Of a DNA stretch of 64,000 bases, positions 62,600 to 64,000 are shown in pieces (position 1 is the first letter of the stretch; every line of letters starts with the position of its first letter). The notes beneath the pieces are model-generated. The model saw only the letters and a list, made by a program, of their open reading frames with translations. It searched no databases and had not been told where the DNA came from. The DNA comes from Lama guanicoe (lineage: Eukaryota). The stretch spans positions 1,548,711-1,612,710 of the forward strand of contig MU054391.1 of assembly GCA_013239625.1 (NCBI GenBank), read 5' to 3'. Both the position numbers and the translations under genes were made by a program.

Positions 62600-63620
62600 T
62601 ACATTCCAAGTGAATTGAAGCGAAATTTGTTTTTTCAGTTCAGAAAATAGAAGAGACTCTCAGTGACTCAGGCTAGAGAAGTGAGAAGCATTTTCTTAAA
62701 CAAGATACAAAAACTAAACCTTCAGGAAAATTCAATAAACTTGACTACTTTGAAATTTTAAACTTGTATGTAACAAAAACACCATAAAGAGCATTAAAAA
62801 CATGAGATTTTGAAATTAAGATATTCCTCTAGTTAACAAGAAACAGAAGTATCCCAGCAGGAAAACAGGCGGAAACGATGAGGAGGCAGTTCCCGGGGGC
62901 CAGGGAGCCAGTAAGCGCTGGAGGAGGGCCCGGCCTCCCTGGGATCGCAGGAGTCCAGCGAGACAAGACCGCCCTGCGTCCCCGTCACCTCGGCAACAGC
63001 AGTGCCAGCAAGGGCCGCACGGGTCCCAGCCCGTGCCGTGGGGGCGCCTGACCCCAGCGGCTGCCTCGCAGAGCCACTTAGCAACAGCCAGTAAAATAAA
63101 CACTGGTGCTGCCTTCCACCTGACAGTTCCACCTTTTAAAAAAAATTTTATCTATTTATATGTTTATTCATTGGAGGGGAGGTATTTAGGTTCATTTATG
63201 TATTATTGTTACTTTTAATGGAGGTACTGGGGATTGAACCCAGGACCTCATGCATGCTAAGCACATGCTCTACCACTGAGCTATGCCCTCCCCACCACAA
63301 TTCCACTTTTAATCACATGCTTAATAAAACTCTTGTACGTGTGCATGAAGATGTGTTCAAGAATGTTTGTGCTGCCTTATTTGTATTAGCCACAAATTTT
63401 ATTAAAAACACTCACATCCAAAGCAGTTTAAACACGTGCCCAAGAGCCGCGTCCATCGGTGTGGGTGAACGTCCAGAACAGCACTGAGCAGGGTGGCGAG
63501 GCGCAGAGGCCGCCTGTATCGCGCCCACTTGATCTGCCTGCGAGGGGCGGGCAGCCCCTCGGCCACCCCTCTGCAGTCAGGAGGGCCCTGGACACCTGGA
63601 ACTACTCGGGGCAGCAAAAT
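62600..63620 (+). mobile_element. Old L1 ORF2/3' relic, partly GC-shifted, interrupted by a SINE
   Basis: ttttcttaaacaagatacaaaa...tttgaaattttaaacttgtatg...caccataaa, then a GC-rich version of the ORF2 C-terminal region, then ...aagaatgtttgtgctgccttatttgta. Confidence 0.65.
63138..63293 (-). mobile_element. tRNA-derived SINE, antisense
   Basis: atggaggtactggggattgaacccaggacctcatgcatgctaagc...taccactgagctatgccctcccc; TSD-like acagttccacctttt / acaattccactttt. Confidence 0.9.
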
Positions 63621-64000
63621 CCACCTTGAGCAGGCTCACCAGGTGCCAGCCCCGGACGTTCTGCCCATTGGTCCCTGCACCCTCCCTGCCCGGCCCCCGA
63701 CTCTCCCACTTCCCGTGTGGAGGGGAGGCAGAGAAATTCCTCTTCTCCCTGTTTCTTCTCTCAGACCAGAAGGTGATCCAGATCTAACTTAGAGGTTGGA
63801 GGCGCTGTGCCAGCCCCCGCTGGTCCTGAGCTGCAGTGGCCAGCAGGGAACAGAGTGAGTCCTCAGATAGCCCACGAGGGTGGGCGGGGGGCCTAGACTC
63901 CCTGCACGGGCTGTTTGCTGGTAACTGTCCTGAGGAAGTAGGTCCGTCTGACTCCTGGGAGCTTGCTGCCAGGGTAGTGTCAGTGTGTTTAGAAATGACT

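Overview
Mammalian, GC-rich genomic DNA, probably camelid judging from the tRNA-derived Vic-1-like SINEs (inference). The window holds the head-to-head 5' ends of two membrane-trafficking genes. EIPR1/TSSC1 is on the minus strand with coding exons 1-3 at 40726-40767, 34292-34375 and 24389-24521; its intron 3 runs off the left edge. TRAPPC12/TTC15 is on the plus strand with a probable non-coding exon 1 ending at 42756 and coding exons at 49593-50819 and 59934-60050; the gene continues off the right edge. Two CpG-island promoters about 2 kb apart are separated by an L1 fragment. The rest is intron containing L1 relics, SINEs, MIRs, MaLR/ERV LTRs and minisatellites, and nearly all listed ORFs are chance ORFs of GC-rich DNA. 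I found no convincing novel gene system. The most notable signals are sharply localised AT-to-GC conversion of retrotransposon relics (gBGC-like), a readable CR1/L3 reverse-transcriptase relic, a dense CACGTG cluster, a structured minisatellite next to the TRAPPC12 promoter and a solo LTR retaining its TATA box. Repeat family names come from recall of consensus sequences, and repeat boundaries are approximate.
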